Source of the DNA: a virus
Lineage: Duplodnaviria; Heunggongvirae; Uroviricota; Caudoviricetes
Virus record (IMG/VR): IMGVR_UViG_2778261268_000002
Strand: one strand, 5' to 3'
DNA length: 64,000 bases
Shown here: piece after piece, positions 51,709-60,531 of the stretch
Layout: the number at the start of each line of letters is the position of its first letter
Numbering within the stretch: the stretch's first letter is position 1
Position numbers and translations under genes: made by a program
Notes under the pieces: generated by a model
The model's input: the letters and a program-made list of their open reading frames with translations, nothing else
What the model was told of the DNA's origin: nothing
Databases searched by the model: none

Positions 51709-52971
51709 ATGAGCACTTCAGCACAAAACCAATCAATCGAAAATGTATCTATCCCTGACGTCCTGAATGCCGGTATCCCGGCCATTATCCAGAACATCCG
51801 GGCCGCGCAACGCCGCGTTAGTTGTGATGACCTCACAGCGCGTTTTTTTGATAATGCGGTTCAGTCAGCGGAGATGCTTCACGCACAGCTTATTGATGTT
51901 TATAACGCAGAAGCTGATAGCCATAACTCCCTGGTAGATGCAGCTGAAAATATGCAGTTGGATCTCGGTCTGAAGGGTAAAGAAATTGAAGAGCTTCAGC
52001 TGCAAATTGAACATTTGAAACGCCAGCAACAGGACGCGATCGACGATGCGACGCATGACGCCAACCAGCGTGCTGATAATGCCGAACGTATAAGCATTGA
52101 GCTGGAAACAAAACTCAATGAAATGACCGCGATGGTTGAACTGCGGAACTCACAGATTTCAACGCTAAAATCTCAATATAAAGAGATCATGAAACTTGAT
52201 CCTTTTAACCTTGAGAAACGCTATAACAAAGCTAAAAGCGAGCGACAGGAACTGCGTAAGCAGGTCGCCGACCTTAACCAACAGCTCAAAAAAACTATTA
52301 AAGATGCAAGCGAAGCGCGCGTGGCATTTGCTAATAAAAAAGCAGAGGTTACCGCGCTGGTTAATGAGAATGCCAAATTTGCGACGCTCAAGAAGGAAAT
52401 GTATGGCATTACTGAGCGCCGTTTCCCTGCAAGAAAACTTCATCCGACGTTAGGGCAAATCTCCTTCTTCCCGCGCCTCCTGGCTTATGGGATCTCATCG
52501 CCTAAAGAGTTCAATAACGAGCGTCCTTATATCGTTTCTAAGCTGGACTTTGCTTATCAGTTCTGCTGCGACATGGGCTATGCCATTGATATCCGGATCA
52601 ACGAATGGTTGATGCCAAACTTCCAGCCGTTGGCCATTTTCCGCGAGTTCCAGCCGGAAGGTTGGGTAGAGTTCTTCCATGAATTGATCTGTAAAGAGAT
52701 GGAAAGCCGCCGCCCGGAACTGGTCCGTCGAGTTGAGTGGGCGCAAGAGGTTATATTGGCAGAGGCAGAGCTGCCGTTCGAACCGGAATTCATTGATGAT
52801 CTGGCAACTAAAGGGCTGCATACCCTGTTTGATGTGGTTACCCGCCGTCATGAGCAGTTGGTTGTCGAATTGGGTTTAGAGGAAACTGCGGCAAGAAGAC
52901 TTCTCGATGTTTGCTATGCACGTAGCGATGCATGGGAAAAAGAGAACGGCGGCACTATTTACGTTCGCTGA
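51709..52971 (+). CDS. Coiled-coil protein
   Basis: 420 aa; long heptad-repeat region then a globular C-terminal domain. Confidence 0.5.
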   Translation: MSTSAQNQSIENVSIPDVLNAGIPAIIQNIRAAQRRVSCDDLTARFFDNAVQSAEMLHAQLIDVYNAEADSHNSLVDAAENMQLDLGLKGKEIEELQLQIEHLKRQQQDAIDDATHDANQRADNAERISIELETKLNEMTAMVELRNSQISTLKSQYKEIMKLDPFNLEKRYNKAKSERQELRKQVADLNQQLKKTIKDASEARVAFANKKAEVTALVNENAKFATLKKEMYGITERRFPARKLHPTLGQISFFPRLLAYGISSPKEFNNERPYIVSKLDFAYQFCCDMGYAIDIRINEWLMPNFQPLAIFREFQPEGWVEFFHELICKEMESRRPELVRRVEWAQEVILAEAELPFEPEFIDDLATKGLHTLFDVVTRRHEQLVVELGLEETAARRLLDVCYARSDAWEKENGGTIYVR

Positions 52972-53044
52972 TAGTTACAGTGTCACTTTTAATGCTGGTG
53001 GAGTGCGTCCCACCAGCATTTTTTTCGTCCAATGAGGAGGGCAT

Positions 53045-53551
53045 TTGAGTATTTTCAATAAACACGCACACCAGGAACGTCCGTATATCGTCATAGTAGA
53101 TATTGATGGGACGATATCGGAGGCAACGGAAGACAGACTGCATTTACTTCCACCACCTGGCAAAGGTGCATTAACAGAGCACTGGAACGAGTTTAACCTT
53201 GCCTGTGACACTGATGCTCCCATCACTCCAGTTATTGATATGGTGCGCCAGTTGTCCAGCATTTACACGCTCTGGTTTGTAACCGGGCGCTGTGAGATAG
53301 CCAGGGATAAAACACGAGCTTGGTTGCGTAAGCACGTAACAAATGGGGCTGAGCCTTTGCTATCTATGCGTCCTGCCACCGATGACAGAAATGACGGCCC
53401 TGCAAAGATTGATCTCCTGAAGAAAATTGGTCTAAGTAAAATTGCGTTCGCGCTGGAAGATAAGATTGAAGTGGCGCGTGTTTTCAGGAGTCACGGCGTG
53501 CTTACGTTAATGGTCAGGGAGTATGAAAACGCGCTTCTCCATCAACAATAA
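53045..53551 (+). CDS. HAD-superfamily phosphatase
   Basis: Motif I VIVDIDGT near the N-terminus. Confidence 0.55.
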   Translation: MSIFNKHAHQERPYIVIVDIDGTISEATEDRLHLLPPPGKGALTEHWNEFNLACDTDAPITPVIDMVRQLSSIYTLWFVTGRCEIARDKTRAWLRKHVTNGAEPLLSMRPATDDRNDGPAKIDLLKKIGLSKIAFALEDKIEVARVFRSHGVLTLMVREYENALLHQQ

Positions 53552-53567
53552 TTGCTCTAATAAATAT
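53551..53567 (+). promoter_or_regulatory. Repressor (C1-type) operator
   Basis: ATTGCTCTAATAAATAT. Confidence 0.5.
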
Positions 53568-53745
53568 TGATTTTTAAAACAGAGAAAGTGAAAATAAAAA
53601 CATGCCGCAAGGCGCGGCATGTATCCAATCAATCACAGGAGCTGAAAATATGAACACGGCATTCAAAATCATTATGGCCGCGATCTATTTCTGGCTGTTC
53701 TCTATCACTTTTGGCGGCATCGTCGCACATGGGTAAGGGGGATGC

Positions 53746-54327
53746 ATGAAAGGCGAAGTGAAAGAGCGCGGCATGATTTTTAACGATGAGATGGTCCGGG
53801 CAATTCTTGGCGGGAATAAAACACAGACTCGCAGGATTGTTGAAGAAAAATTCTATGGACGGGCAGTGGCCGCAGAGTTGCTTGCCAAGCATTGTCCATA
53901 TGGTCAACCGGGCGATCGTATTTGGGTTCGCGAAACCTACCGGGTACATGGCAAAGCGACGGACGTCGCAACGCTGGTTTATCGCGCAAGCGTGCGTAAC
54001 TCCTGGACAGAACAAACGCACCGGGTTCCGGTCGAGGTTTGTAATAAACCAGTATCAGAAAAGTGGACGCCATCAATTCACATGCCGCGCTGGGCATCGC
54101 GCATTCTTCTGGAAATTACCAACGTGCGCGTTGAGCGGTTGAACGATATCAGCGAATGCGATGCAAGGGCTGAGGGCGCACCAACAGAATCGACCCTCAT
54201 TGGCGATAAGCATTACCCAGGTTTCCGTAGCCTATGGAAATCAATTTATGGCGAAGATAGTTGGAACGCTAATCCCTGGGTGTGGGTAATCGAGTTTGAG
54301 CGTATTCAGGGGGCAACCAGTGAGTAA
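53746..54327 (+). CDS. Conserved phage protein (ASCH/PUA-like fold suggested)
   Basis: 193 aa; MIFNDEMVRAILGGNKTQTRR. Confidence 0.4.
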   Translation: MKGEVKERGMIFNDEMVRAILGGNKTQTRRIVEEKFYGRAVAAELLAKHCPYGQPGDRIWVRETYRVHGKATDVATLVYRASVRNSWTEQTHRVPVEVCNKPVSEKWTPSIHMPRWASRILLEITNVRVERLNDISECDARAEGAPTESTLIGDKHYPGFRSLWKSIYGEDSWNANPWVWVIEFERIQGATSE

Positions 54328-54337
54328 CCGTTTTTAC

Positions 54338-54964
54338 ATGATGTGCTTGCGTGAAACTGTGGGTAATAACGCCTCATTCCATTGCCATAACGGCAATGGT
54401 TACAGTTCTGATATCGATCGCGCTCATATTTACACGCTGGAAGAAGCCCAAAAAGCCTGGAATTGTGGGCGAGATATCGATCAGCCTGTTTGTGCCGATA
54501 GTGTGGATGCAATGGCTGTGTGGCACGTTGATTGCCAGTACATCCCTACAGAAAGCCTGATTGAGTCAGATTGCACTGAGTATGTGGCCTACAAAAAAGG
54601 TAGCTGGAACGGCAACGATGTTTACTGGCTTCAACACGGTGGATTGCCAACAGATGACTTCAGTAAAGCGACCATCTTTAGCGTCGTCAACAAAAACGAA
54701 CCAGGAATAGTTTGGTTGCCATTTTCCATTGCTGATGCAGCAAAGCGCCGGACGTTCAATATCAATAACTTTAACCGCAGAACAATGGTTCAGGGCGCAG
54801 GTTTGGTCATGCCTGACTGGTTGAAAGAGCAGAACAGAAGAAAGAAGTCGCGAAGCGGGAAGGTGCGTTGGAATTGTCCGCATTGCGGAAAAATAACCTG
54901 GCAGTACAGCCCATATGATTTTGAAGGCTGTAGTGATTACAACTGTGAAGGATGGCGAGAATGA
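54338..54964 (+). CDS. Hypothetical Cys-rich protein
   Basis: Start uncertain (ATG 54338, GTG 54320 or TTG 54296); C-terminal CPHCGK...CSDYNCEGW. Confidence 0.4.
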   Translation: MMCLRETVGNNASFHCHNGNGYSSDIDRAHIYTLEEAQKAWNCGRDIDQPVCADSVDAMAVWHVDCQYIPTESLIESDCTEYVAYKKGSWNGNDVYWLQHGGLPTDDFSKATIFSVVNKNEPGIVWLPFSIADAAKRRTFNINNFNRRTMVQGAGLVMPDWLKEQNRRKKSRSGKVRWNCPHCGKITWQYSPYDFEGCSDYNCEGWRE

Positions 54965-55614
54965 CAATTGACTATCAGGTACTGCGTGAGGCGGCAGAAA
55001 AGGCAACACCAGACGAATGGGTCGCATTTATTTCGACGGATACTGGTACTTATGCGGTGCACACGCCCGGTGATGAACGATGTGAAGACGTTATCAAATG
55101 GACCGGCTTTGATGGACAGAAAAATGCAGAGAACAACGCTCGTCATGTTGCCGCGTTCAACCCAAAGGTTGCACTGGAGCTGCTTGGTGAAATTAAGTGC
55201 TTGGAGGACACAAATATTGATGCCACGTGCCGAATTTCAGAGCTTGAGACTAATCTCGCTGCGCTGGTGGCAGAGAACGCTGGGCTGAAACACGCAATGG
55301 CCGTAACTCTTGAGCATGTGTCGGTCACGGATGCAGGGCAGGCCGGAGTTGCTGCAATGATTATCAACGATGCCCTGCACCACAGCGAAACTCCAGCTAC
55401 CGATGCTTTCCTGTCTGAAGTGCGGGCGCAGGGGGTGGATGCTGCTATAGAAGCTGCAAAAAATCTGGTGGCCCAAGAATATGAGTATAAGGATTTCAAA
55501 GCGGCGCAGAGTGATTGCTGTATGCACCCTGGTTCAGACCTGGTAGGGAAGGTTGAAATGACTGAGTGGTTAGTTGACTTTGCTGCCCAGCTTCGCAAAG
55601 GAGGCAACCAGTGA
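54961..55614 (+). CDS. ead/Ea22-like protein
   Basis: MTIDYQVLREAAEKATPDEW...; ATGA overlap with the upstream stop. Confidence 0.55.
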   Translation: MTIDYQVLREAAEKATPDEWVAFISTDTGTYAVHTPGDERCEDVIKWTGFDGQKNAENNARHVAAFNPKVALELLGEIKCLEDTNIDATCRISELETNLAALVAENAGLKHAMAVTLEHVSVTDAGQAGVAAMIINDALHHSETPATDAFLSEVRAQGVDAAIEAAKNLVAQEYEYKDFKAAQSDCCMHPGSDLVGKVEMTEWLVDFAAQLRKGGNQ

Positions 55615-56363
55615 GCGAAATTAATTACCAGGCACTGCGTGAGGCGGCGGAACGTGCAATTCCAGCAATGGAACGCCTGTTAATGTTGCCAGCTGATGAT
55701 GATTTGTTAAGTGAACAGGAACTTAAAGATTACGGTGTGGATATTGATGCGCTCAACGCCTTCAAATTTCTGACCGGACCAGAAACCGTGCTGGCGCTGC
55801 TGGATGAACGGGAAAGAAACCAGCAATACATAAAACGCCGCGATCAGGAGAACGAGGATATTGCGCTAACGGTAGGGAAGCTGAGAGTTGAGCTTGAGGA
55901 AGTAAAACAACACGCTGAAGAATTATCCGAAACCAAGGCTGTTCGTAACCAATGGCGGCCAGATATTTGCCCAATAACCGGACGTGCATTTTTCATGTGG
56001 ATTGAGCATCCAACATTGGGAAATGTGCCGACATATGGTGGCCCATTAGATAGTTACACCATTCCAACAAAGGACGGTGACGGTGAGTTTTCATGTGAGC
56101 GTTACGATCATGATTTTGGCGGTTGGGTAGAAAGCGAATGTCTTGGGTTATATCTGATTGATGATAGAGAACAATGCAGGGTCTACGAACTGGAGGAACG
56201 CGTTAAGGAACTGGATGCTCGGGAAATATCGCTCCCGGAACGTAGCAGCATGCTTCATCGAACAGATTTTCACGATGATTACCAAACGGTAATGGCATAC
56301 AAAGTTTCTGAAGTCATCGCTGCAATCCGCGCCGCAGGCATTCGCATCAAAGGAGGTGAGTAA
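55611..56363 (+). CDS. ead/Ea22-like protein (second paralogue)
   Basis: GTG start; MSEINYQALREAAERAIPAMERLL... Confidence 0.55.
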   Translation: MSEINYQALREAAERAIPAMERLLMLPADDDLLSEQELKDYGVDIDALNAFKFLTGPETVLALLDERERNQQYIKRRDQENEDIALTVGKLRVELEEVKQHAEELSETKAVRNQWRPDICPITGRAFFMWIEHPTLGNVPTYGGPLDSYTIPTKDGDGEFSCERYDHDFGGWVESECLGLYLIDDREQCRVYELEERVKELDAREISLPERSSMLHRTDFHDDYQTVMAYKVSEVIAAIRAAGIRIKGGE

Positions 56364-56539
56364 TGCGTGTGGCATGTATCGGCTTGTTACCGTACCCGAC
56401 TCGTTTTTGGGCTTCTGCGCTAATTGCAAAGCCGTATGTCCTGATGGCTGACAACATCATCCCGGCACCAAAGCGCCGCCATACCGGTATTGCAGCGGCA
56501 CGACGAGCAGCAAAGAGACGCAGGAGAGCAAAGCGATGA
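56363..56539 (+). CDS. Small basic protein (58 aa)
   Basis: C-terminal RRAAKRRRRAKR; TAATG overlap upstream, ATGA overlap downstream. Confidence 0.35.
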   Translation: MRVACIGLLPYPTRFWASALIAKPYVLMADNIIPAPKRRHTGIAAARRAAKRRRRAKR

Positions 56540-56712
56540 AAAACCGTAAGGCAAAACGACTTTTTTTACAGCGACCTGTGCGTGTGGTGGAGCTGGTTAT
56601 TAGCAACCATAAGATAGCGGTACTCCATCCATTTGGTCAGGTGGCTTTTGCCGCAAAGCGTAAGCCTACTGCGTCACAGAACAGGCGGAAGAAAGGGTAC
56701 GCTGTAAGATGA
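56536..56712 (+). CDS. Small basic protein (58 aa), paralogue
   Basis: MKNRKAKRLFLQR...KPTASQNRRKKG; 5' 20 nt repeated at 56709. Confidence 0.4.
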   Translation: MKNRKAKRLFLQRPVRVVELVISNHKIAVLHPFGQVAFAAKRKPTASQNRRKKGYAVR

Positions 56713-56897
56713 AAAACCGTAAAGCAAAGATTCTGTTAGTTCGTAGAAACGCTCCTGGCGTCTGGCAGTGGGTGAGACTCAGCAACCGACGGATGGGGTT
56801 GATGAAATATTACGGGATGATGGATTGTGGTTTTTGCAAAAAGCCCAGCGCGGCGCAAAACCGCTGGAAAAACCACTTGCGCACTAAAGGAGAGTGA
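56709..56897 (+). CDS. Small basic protein (62 aa), paralogue
   Basis: MKNRKAKILLVRR...KPSAAQNRWKNH. Confidence 0.4.
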   Translation: MKNRKAKILLVRRNAPGVWQWVRLSNRRMGLMKYYGMMDCGFCKKPSAAQNRWKNHLRTKGE

Positions 56898-56898
56898 T

Positions 56899-57414
56899 AT
56901 GGCGTTAACACACCGCGAACTCTGTCAGATTGCGTATAAGTTCCTTAAGCGCAACGGGTTCAAGGTTTGTTTTCATGACCGCTTTATAGCTGTAACCAGT
57001 ACCGGAGAACAGCCAGATGCTATGGGATTCAGAAATTCAGCATCATGCCTGATAGAGGCGAAGTGTTCTCGTGCTGACTTGTTGGCAGATAGAAAAAAGC
57101 GTTTTCGTAAAAATCCATCTCTTGGAATGGGCGACTGGCGATTCTTTATTAGTGAGCCGGGAATTATTTCAGTTGAGGATTTACCACCTGGCTGGGGATT
57201 ACTTCACGTTGTTAACGGAAGAGTACGGAAAGTACATGGGTGGCCCAAGGGTAATTGCTGTTGGGGTAATCCTGACGATAAGCCATTTACTGGAAATAAG
57301 CAGGTTGAATGCGATTACATGTTATCTGCATTAAGGCGCATGGAGTTGAGAGGGCACCTTAATGAAATATATGACGGTGTAATTGTTAATAAGAAAGAAG
57401 GAAACGCGGCATGA
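56899..57414 (+). CDS. PD-(D/E)xK nuclease, Hjc-type resolvase-like
   Basis: 171 aa from ATG 56899 (RBS AAGGAGAG); ...KRNGFKVCF...GEQPDAMGF...CLIEAKCS. Confidence 0.5.
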   Translation: MALTHRELCQIAYKFLKRNGFKVCFHDRFIAVTSTGEQPDAMGFRNSASCLIEAKCSRADLLADRKKRFRKNPSLGMGDWRFFISEPGIISVEDLPPGWGLLHVVNGRVRKVHGWPKGNCCWGNPDDKPFTGNKQVECDYMLSALRRMELRGHLNEIYDGVIVNKKEGNAA

Positions 57415-58127
57415 TCACTATTACCAAAGAGCGACTACTGACAATCAAGCAGTGGCGCGAAACATACGGACCTGGTAGCAACGTTGTACTGCCAGCAGAA
57501 GAGGCGGAAGAACTGGCACGAATTGCGCTGGCATCGCTGGAAGCAGATCCAGTTGCTTATATTTTCAAACATCCGGCCGGGAAATTATTCTGGTCTTTAA
57601 CGGATGAAAGCAATAAAGAGCAAGCGGACGTTATTCCTGTTTATGCTGCCGCGCCTGCGTCGGTTGTGCCGGATAATGCATCAGAGCCTCTTGCTTATGC
57701 TTACAAAGAGCTTACGCCTGAGATTATGCGCAACCATTTAGCTGTATTCGAGCGATATGGAATAGCCCCAAACGATAGCTCTACCACAATTCAGGCACTG
57801 CGAATCGCGCTGGATGGCATAGAGCGGAGCGACGCCATGCTTCATGGTGCCGAACCTGTAAGCCAAACTTACAAGTTGAACCAGCTATCGGGCAACTCTC
57901 CGGCAACTCCGGATGGTTGGATAAGCTGTAGTGAGCGAATGCCGAATACCAAAACAGCCGTTCTTGTTGCCGTGGAGTTTGACAGGAAAGGTGACTGGCG
58001 AATGAAATGGGCTACTTACATCCCCGGGCATCCTGACGCTAATGATGGGTGGATAATTCCTGGTGCGTCGTGGAAACCGTCACACTGGATGCCGCTACCA
58101 GAACCGCCGCAGGAGGTGAATCAATGA
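57411..58127 (+). CDS. DUF551 domain protein
   Basis: C-terminal W..CSERMP...VLVAV...W...PSHWMPLPEPP. Confidence 0.6.
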   Translation: MITITKERLLTIKQWRETYGPGSNVVLPAEEAEELARIALASLEADPVAYIFKHPAGKLFWSLTDESNKEQADVIPVYAAAPASVVPDNASEPLAYAYKELTPEIMRNHLAVFERYGIAPNDSSTTIQALRIALDGIERSDAMLHGAEPVSQTYKLNQLSGNSPATPDGWISCSERMPNTKTAVLVAVEFDRKGDWRMKWATYIPGHPDANDGWIIPGASWKPSHWMPLPEPPQEVNQ

Positions 58128-58207
58128 GCTGGCCTGAAGCATTCACCACGGTAGGAATTGTGATGGCGGCAGCACTGGGTTTGTATTCAATTTGTCGCTG
58201 GTGGTAA
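58124..58207 (+). CDS. Possible 27-aa hydrophobic micro-protein
   Basis: MSWPEAFTTVGIVMAAALGLYSICRWW; ATGA-coupled to the DUF551 gene; below the ORF track length cut-off. Confidence 0.3.
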   Translation: MSWPEAFTTVGIVMAAALGLYSICRWW

Positions 58208-58443
58208 CGATGGGAAAAATAACTTTTGTAGTCGAATTTGAGGATGGCAAAGAGCCACCTGTTAGCGCCAATCTTGATGTTGCTGGTGGCAGGCTGGTTT
58301 CGGTTCTATTTGGTGATTACCGCGACGACTTCTTTCAGCCTGAAGAAGTTGATGTAGTGCGAGAAGCATTAAACGAGCTAAGTGTTGATAACGATGATGC
58401 TCATGCGGAAATCATCAAAAAAATGGAACTGCTAACTCACTAA
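58192..58443 (+). CDS. Small acidic hypothetical protein
   Basis: 83 aa. Confidence 0.4.
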   Translation: MSLVVTMGKITFVVEFEDGKEPPVSANLDVAGGRLVSVLFGDYRDDFFQPEEVDVVREALNELSVDNDDAHAEIIKKMELLTH

Positions 58444-58491
58444 ATTATCAATTATGGTGCTATCACCTACGACACCGAGAGAAAATTTATA

Positions 58492-58614
58492 ATGTCAAAA
58501 GTAAATGTTTTGATTTTTTCAGCAATTGTTTGCTTTGGTTTTACTGCCGGAGTGCAGATTTATATTGCGTGGGAAAAAATCATCAACTACGCATGGAGTT
58601 GTTTTATTAAGTGA
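58492..58614 (+). CDS. Possible 40-aa single-pass membrane peptide
   Basis: MSKVNVLIFSAIVCFGFTAGVQIYIAWEKIINYAWSCFIK in an AT-rich spacer. Confidence 0.3.
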   Translation: MSKVNVLIFSAIVCFGFTAGVQIYIAWEKIINYAWSCFIK

Positions 58615-58621
58615 GGTAAGT

Positions 58622-58915
58622 ATGTGGAGAGGTAATAGTCATGGCAAAAGCCAGATGATACTTACCGAATATAAGCTAGACCACAAAACCAATAAATCAC
58701 GCTCAGTATATTTGCTCCGGCACAATAGCCGCGTAAGAAATACCGTTCTGGAGCAAAATCTGACCGTTGAAATGGATAATTTGGGAAACTTCAAGCCAAC
58801 AATATCGCTTGATGATTTTCCGTGTGGTTTAAGCGAAAGAGAAGCAATGCTGAAATTAGCAGAATGGCTACAAAGATTAAGCATTGCTATTGAAGATAAC
58901 TGGTCTGAACCTTAA
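58622..58915 (+). CDS. Hypothetical protein
   Basis: 97 aa from ATG 58622 (RBS GAGGTAAG). Confidence 0.4.
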   Translation: MWRGNSHGKSQMILTEYKLDHKTNKSRSVYLLRHNSRVRNTVLEQNLTVEMDNLGNFKPTISLDDFPCGLSEREAMLKLAEWLQRLSIAIEDNWSEP

Positions 58916-58921
58916 ATTAAT

Positions 58922-59296
58922 ATGATGACACTAAAACATTTTCTTGACCGCCCATTATGGGCGGCAGCCGCAGGCTATGACTTTAATTATATGGATTGCA
59001 TGTCTTATACTGCCAATGCATACGACCATTCGTTCAGCCTGCTGTTTAATTCTTTAAGAATATTGCCGGAAACAGAAGTTGGAGAGCTTCATTTATGGAT
59101 ATTGGGCTTTATCGCGGCTGGAGTTGGTATTGCCGTATGGCCTTTTATTTTCTGGCTGGTGGCTGTTGTAGTGTGGTTTAAGTGCAAGACGTACCGGAAA
59201 AAGTATTTCTTAGGTGATGGAATGACTGATATTGCCAAAATGAACATTGAAAAATGGACTAAGGAATGTGAAAAGAAATGGCGCAAAAAGAAATGA
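58922..59296 (+). CDS. Membrane protein with Lys-rich C-terminal tail
   Basis: TM helix LWILGFIAAGVGIAVWPFIFWLVAVVVWF then KCKTYRKK...EKKWRKKK. Confidence 0.45.
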   Translation: MMTLKHFLDRPLWAAAAGYDFNYMDCMSYTANAYDHSFSLLFNSLRILPETEVGELHLWILGFIAAGVGIAVWPFIFWLVAVVVWFKCKTYRKKYFLGDGMTDIAKMNIEKWTKECEKKWRKKK

Positions 59297-59958
59297 CTAC
59301 TCTAACGACAGCATACTTACAGCAATTGGTATTTTTTGCAGGCGAGGCTACTTGTCATCCTGACGCAAACTATTTATTGGAATTTGAGAGGTTAGCGTCA
59401 CCCGGTATCGTTCTGGAACTGGCCCAACAGGTGCTGGCCTTGAGACAAAAAGAGCAACATGAAAGTAATACGTGTAGATTGAATTTTGAGCAGTGGCTGG
59501 AACAGCAACGCGGAAAAATCGATGTGGACTGTGGTTGTGTGTCCACTGAAACATTCATGCACTGGCTGCGGGTAGCTTACGAGGCTGGCAACTATCCGGA
59601 TATTCCGGATAGTTCGGTGCCAGCGCCAGGAAAGGGCGTCACCGGTGAACGTATCCGCATTAAGCCGCATGTTTATCGCGAACTGGTTAACCGTCTCCAC
59701 GATACAGCGATCAAGTGTGCTGGCACCCAGCAATTACGAGAAAGAATTAGCCGTGTTTTGGGCGACGTTATTACGCCAGATCATCATAAACAAGCCGAGA
59801 AAAGTGACCTGGAAAGGTGTCACCTTGAGGCGGCATTAAACATTAAGCCGGGGCATACGCTTGGCATTATCGATGCTCTGTTGGTTCATAAGATGGCCAG
59901 GGCTTTATTGCCGCTGGTGGCTGAAAAACATGAGGTGGACCATGCCAACGAAAGCTGA
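59278..59958 (+). CDS. Hypothetical protein
   Basis: 226 aa. Confidence 0.45.
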   Translation: MAQKEMTTLTTAYLQQLVFFAGEATCHPDANYLLEFERLASPGIVLELAQQVLALRQKEQHESNTCRLNFEQWLEQQRGKIDVDCGCVSTETFMHWLRVAYEAGNYPDIPDSSVPAPGKGVTGERIRIKPHVYRELVNRLHDTAIKCAGTQQLRERISRVLGDVITPDHHKQAEKSDLERCHLEAALNIKPGHTLGIIDALLVHKMARALLPLVAEKHEVDHANES

Positions 59959-60226
59959 GTTACAGGCGCGCATAGATATTCTTGAAAAAGAGAATGCGAG
60001 TCTAAAAGGAATGCTGGCGCGGGCGGAAAGGGAATTATCAGGCAAATTATTGCCAGAAGAGCTGCCACCAGCAGATATACCTGATCGAGTGTCCTGGTGG
60101 ATGAAGTATTTCCGTGCACCGTGGGAGGCGTTTTGGTGCTACGACCATCGCAGATGGTGTGATGAGCTTGATAGCAGTTTCCCCTATTTTGCGGAAGGGA
60201 ACTCTTGCCCTGAATGTAGGAGTTAA
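59942..60226 (+). CDS. Coiled-coil / CxxC protein, paralogue 1
   Basis: ...WWMKYFRAPWEAFWCYDHRRWCDELDSSFPYFAEGNSCPECRS. Confidence 0.45.
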   Translation: MPTKAELQARIDILEKENASLKGMLARAERELSGKLLPEELPPADIPDRVSWWMKYFRAPWEAFWCYDHRRWCDELDSSFPYFAEGNSCPECRS

Positions 60227-60531
60227 TGATGACCGGCGAGCTTTATTTTAAAATGGCACGGGAGCGGCGTGTGCATCTGGATCGGATATTTCATCTCCAG
60301 AAGAGAGTAGAAGAACTGGAACGTCGTCTGAACTGTTATCCTGTTGATATGGTGTCTGCAATACCGCCGATTCCAATAGAAATGCAGATCCGCCTATGGA
60401 TGGAAGAATATGGAATGCCGTGGGAGATATTTTTCTGCTTCGACCATAAACAGTGGGTAGATGAGCTGGATAATAGTTTCCCATATTTCACAGAGAACAC
60501 ATGCCCAGTATGCAGGAAGAACGGAATATGA
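60226..60531 (+). CDS. Coiled-coil / CxxC protein, paralogue 2
   Basis: ...LWMEEYGMPWEIFFCFDHKQWVDELDNSFPYFTENTCPVCRKNGI. Confidence 0.45.
   Translation: MMTGELYFKMARERRVHLDRIFHLQKRVEELERRLNCYPVDMVSAIPPIPIEMQIRLWMEEYGMPWEIFFCFDHKQWVDELDNSFPYFTENTCPVCRKNGI

Noticed and set aside
53629-54142. Three overlapping ORFs (minus 130 aa, minus 105 aa, plus 118 aa) around 53.7-54.1 kb
   Set aside because: All overlap the better-supported plus-strand gene 53746-54327, which has a strong RBS and coupled downstream genes.
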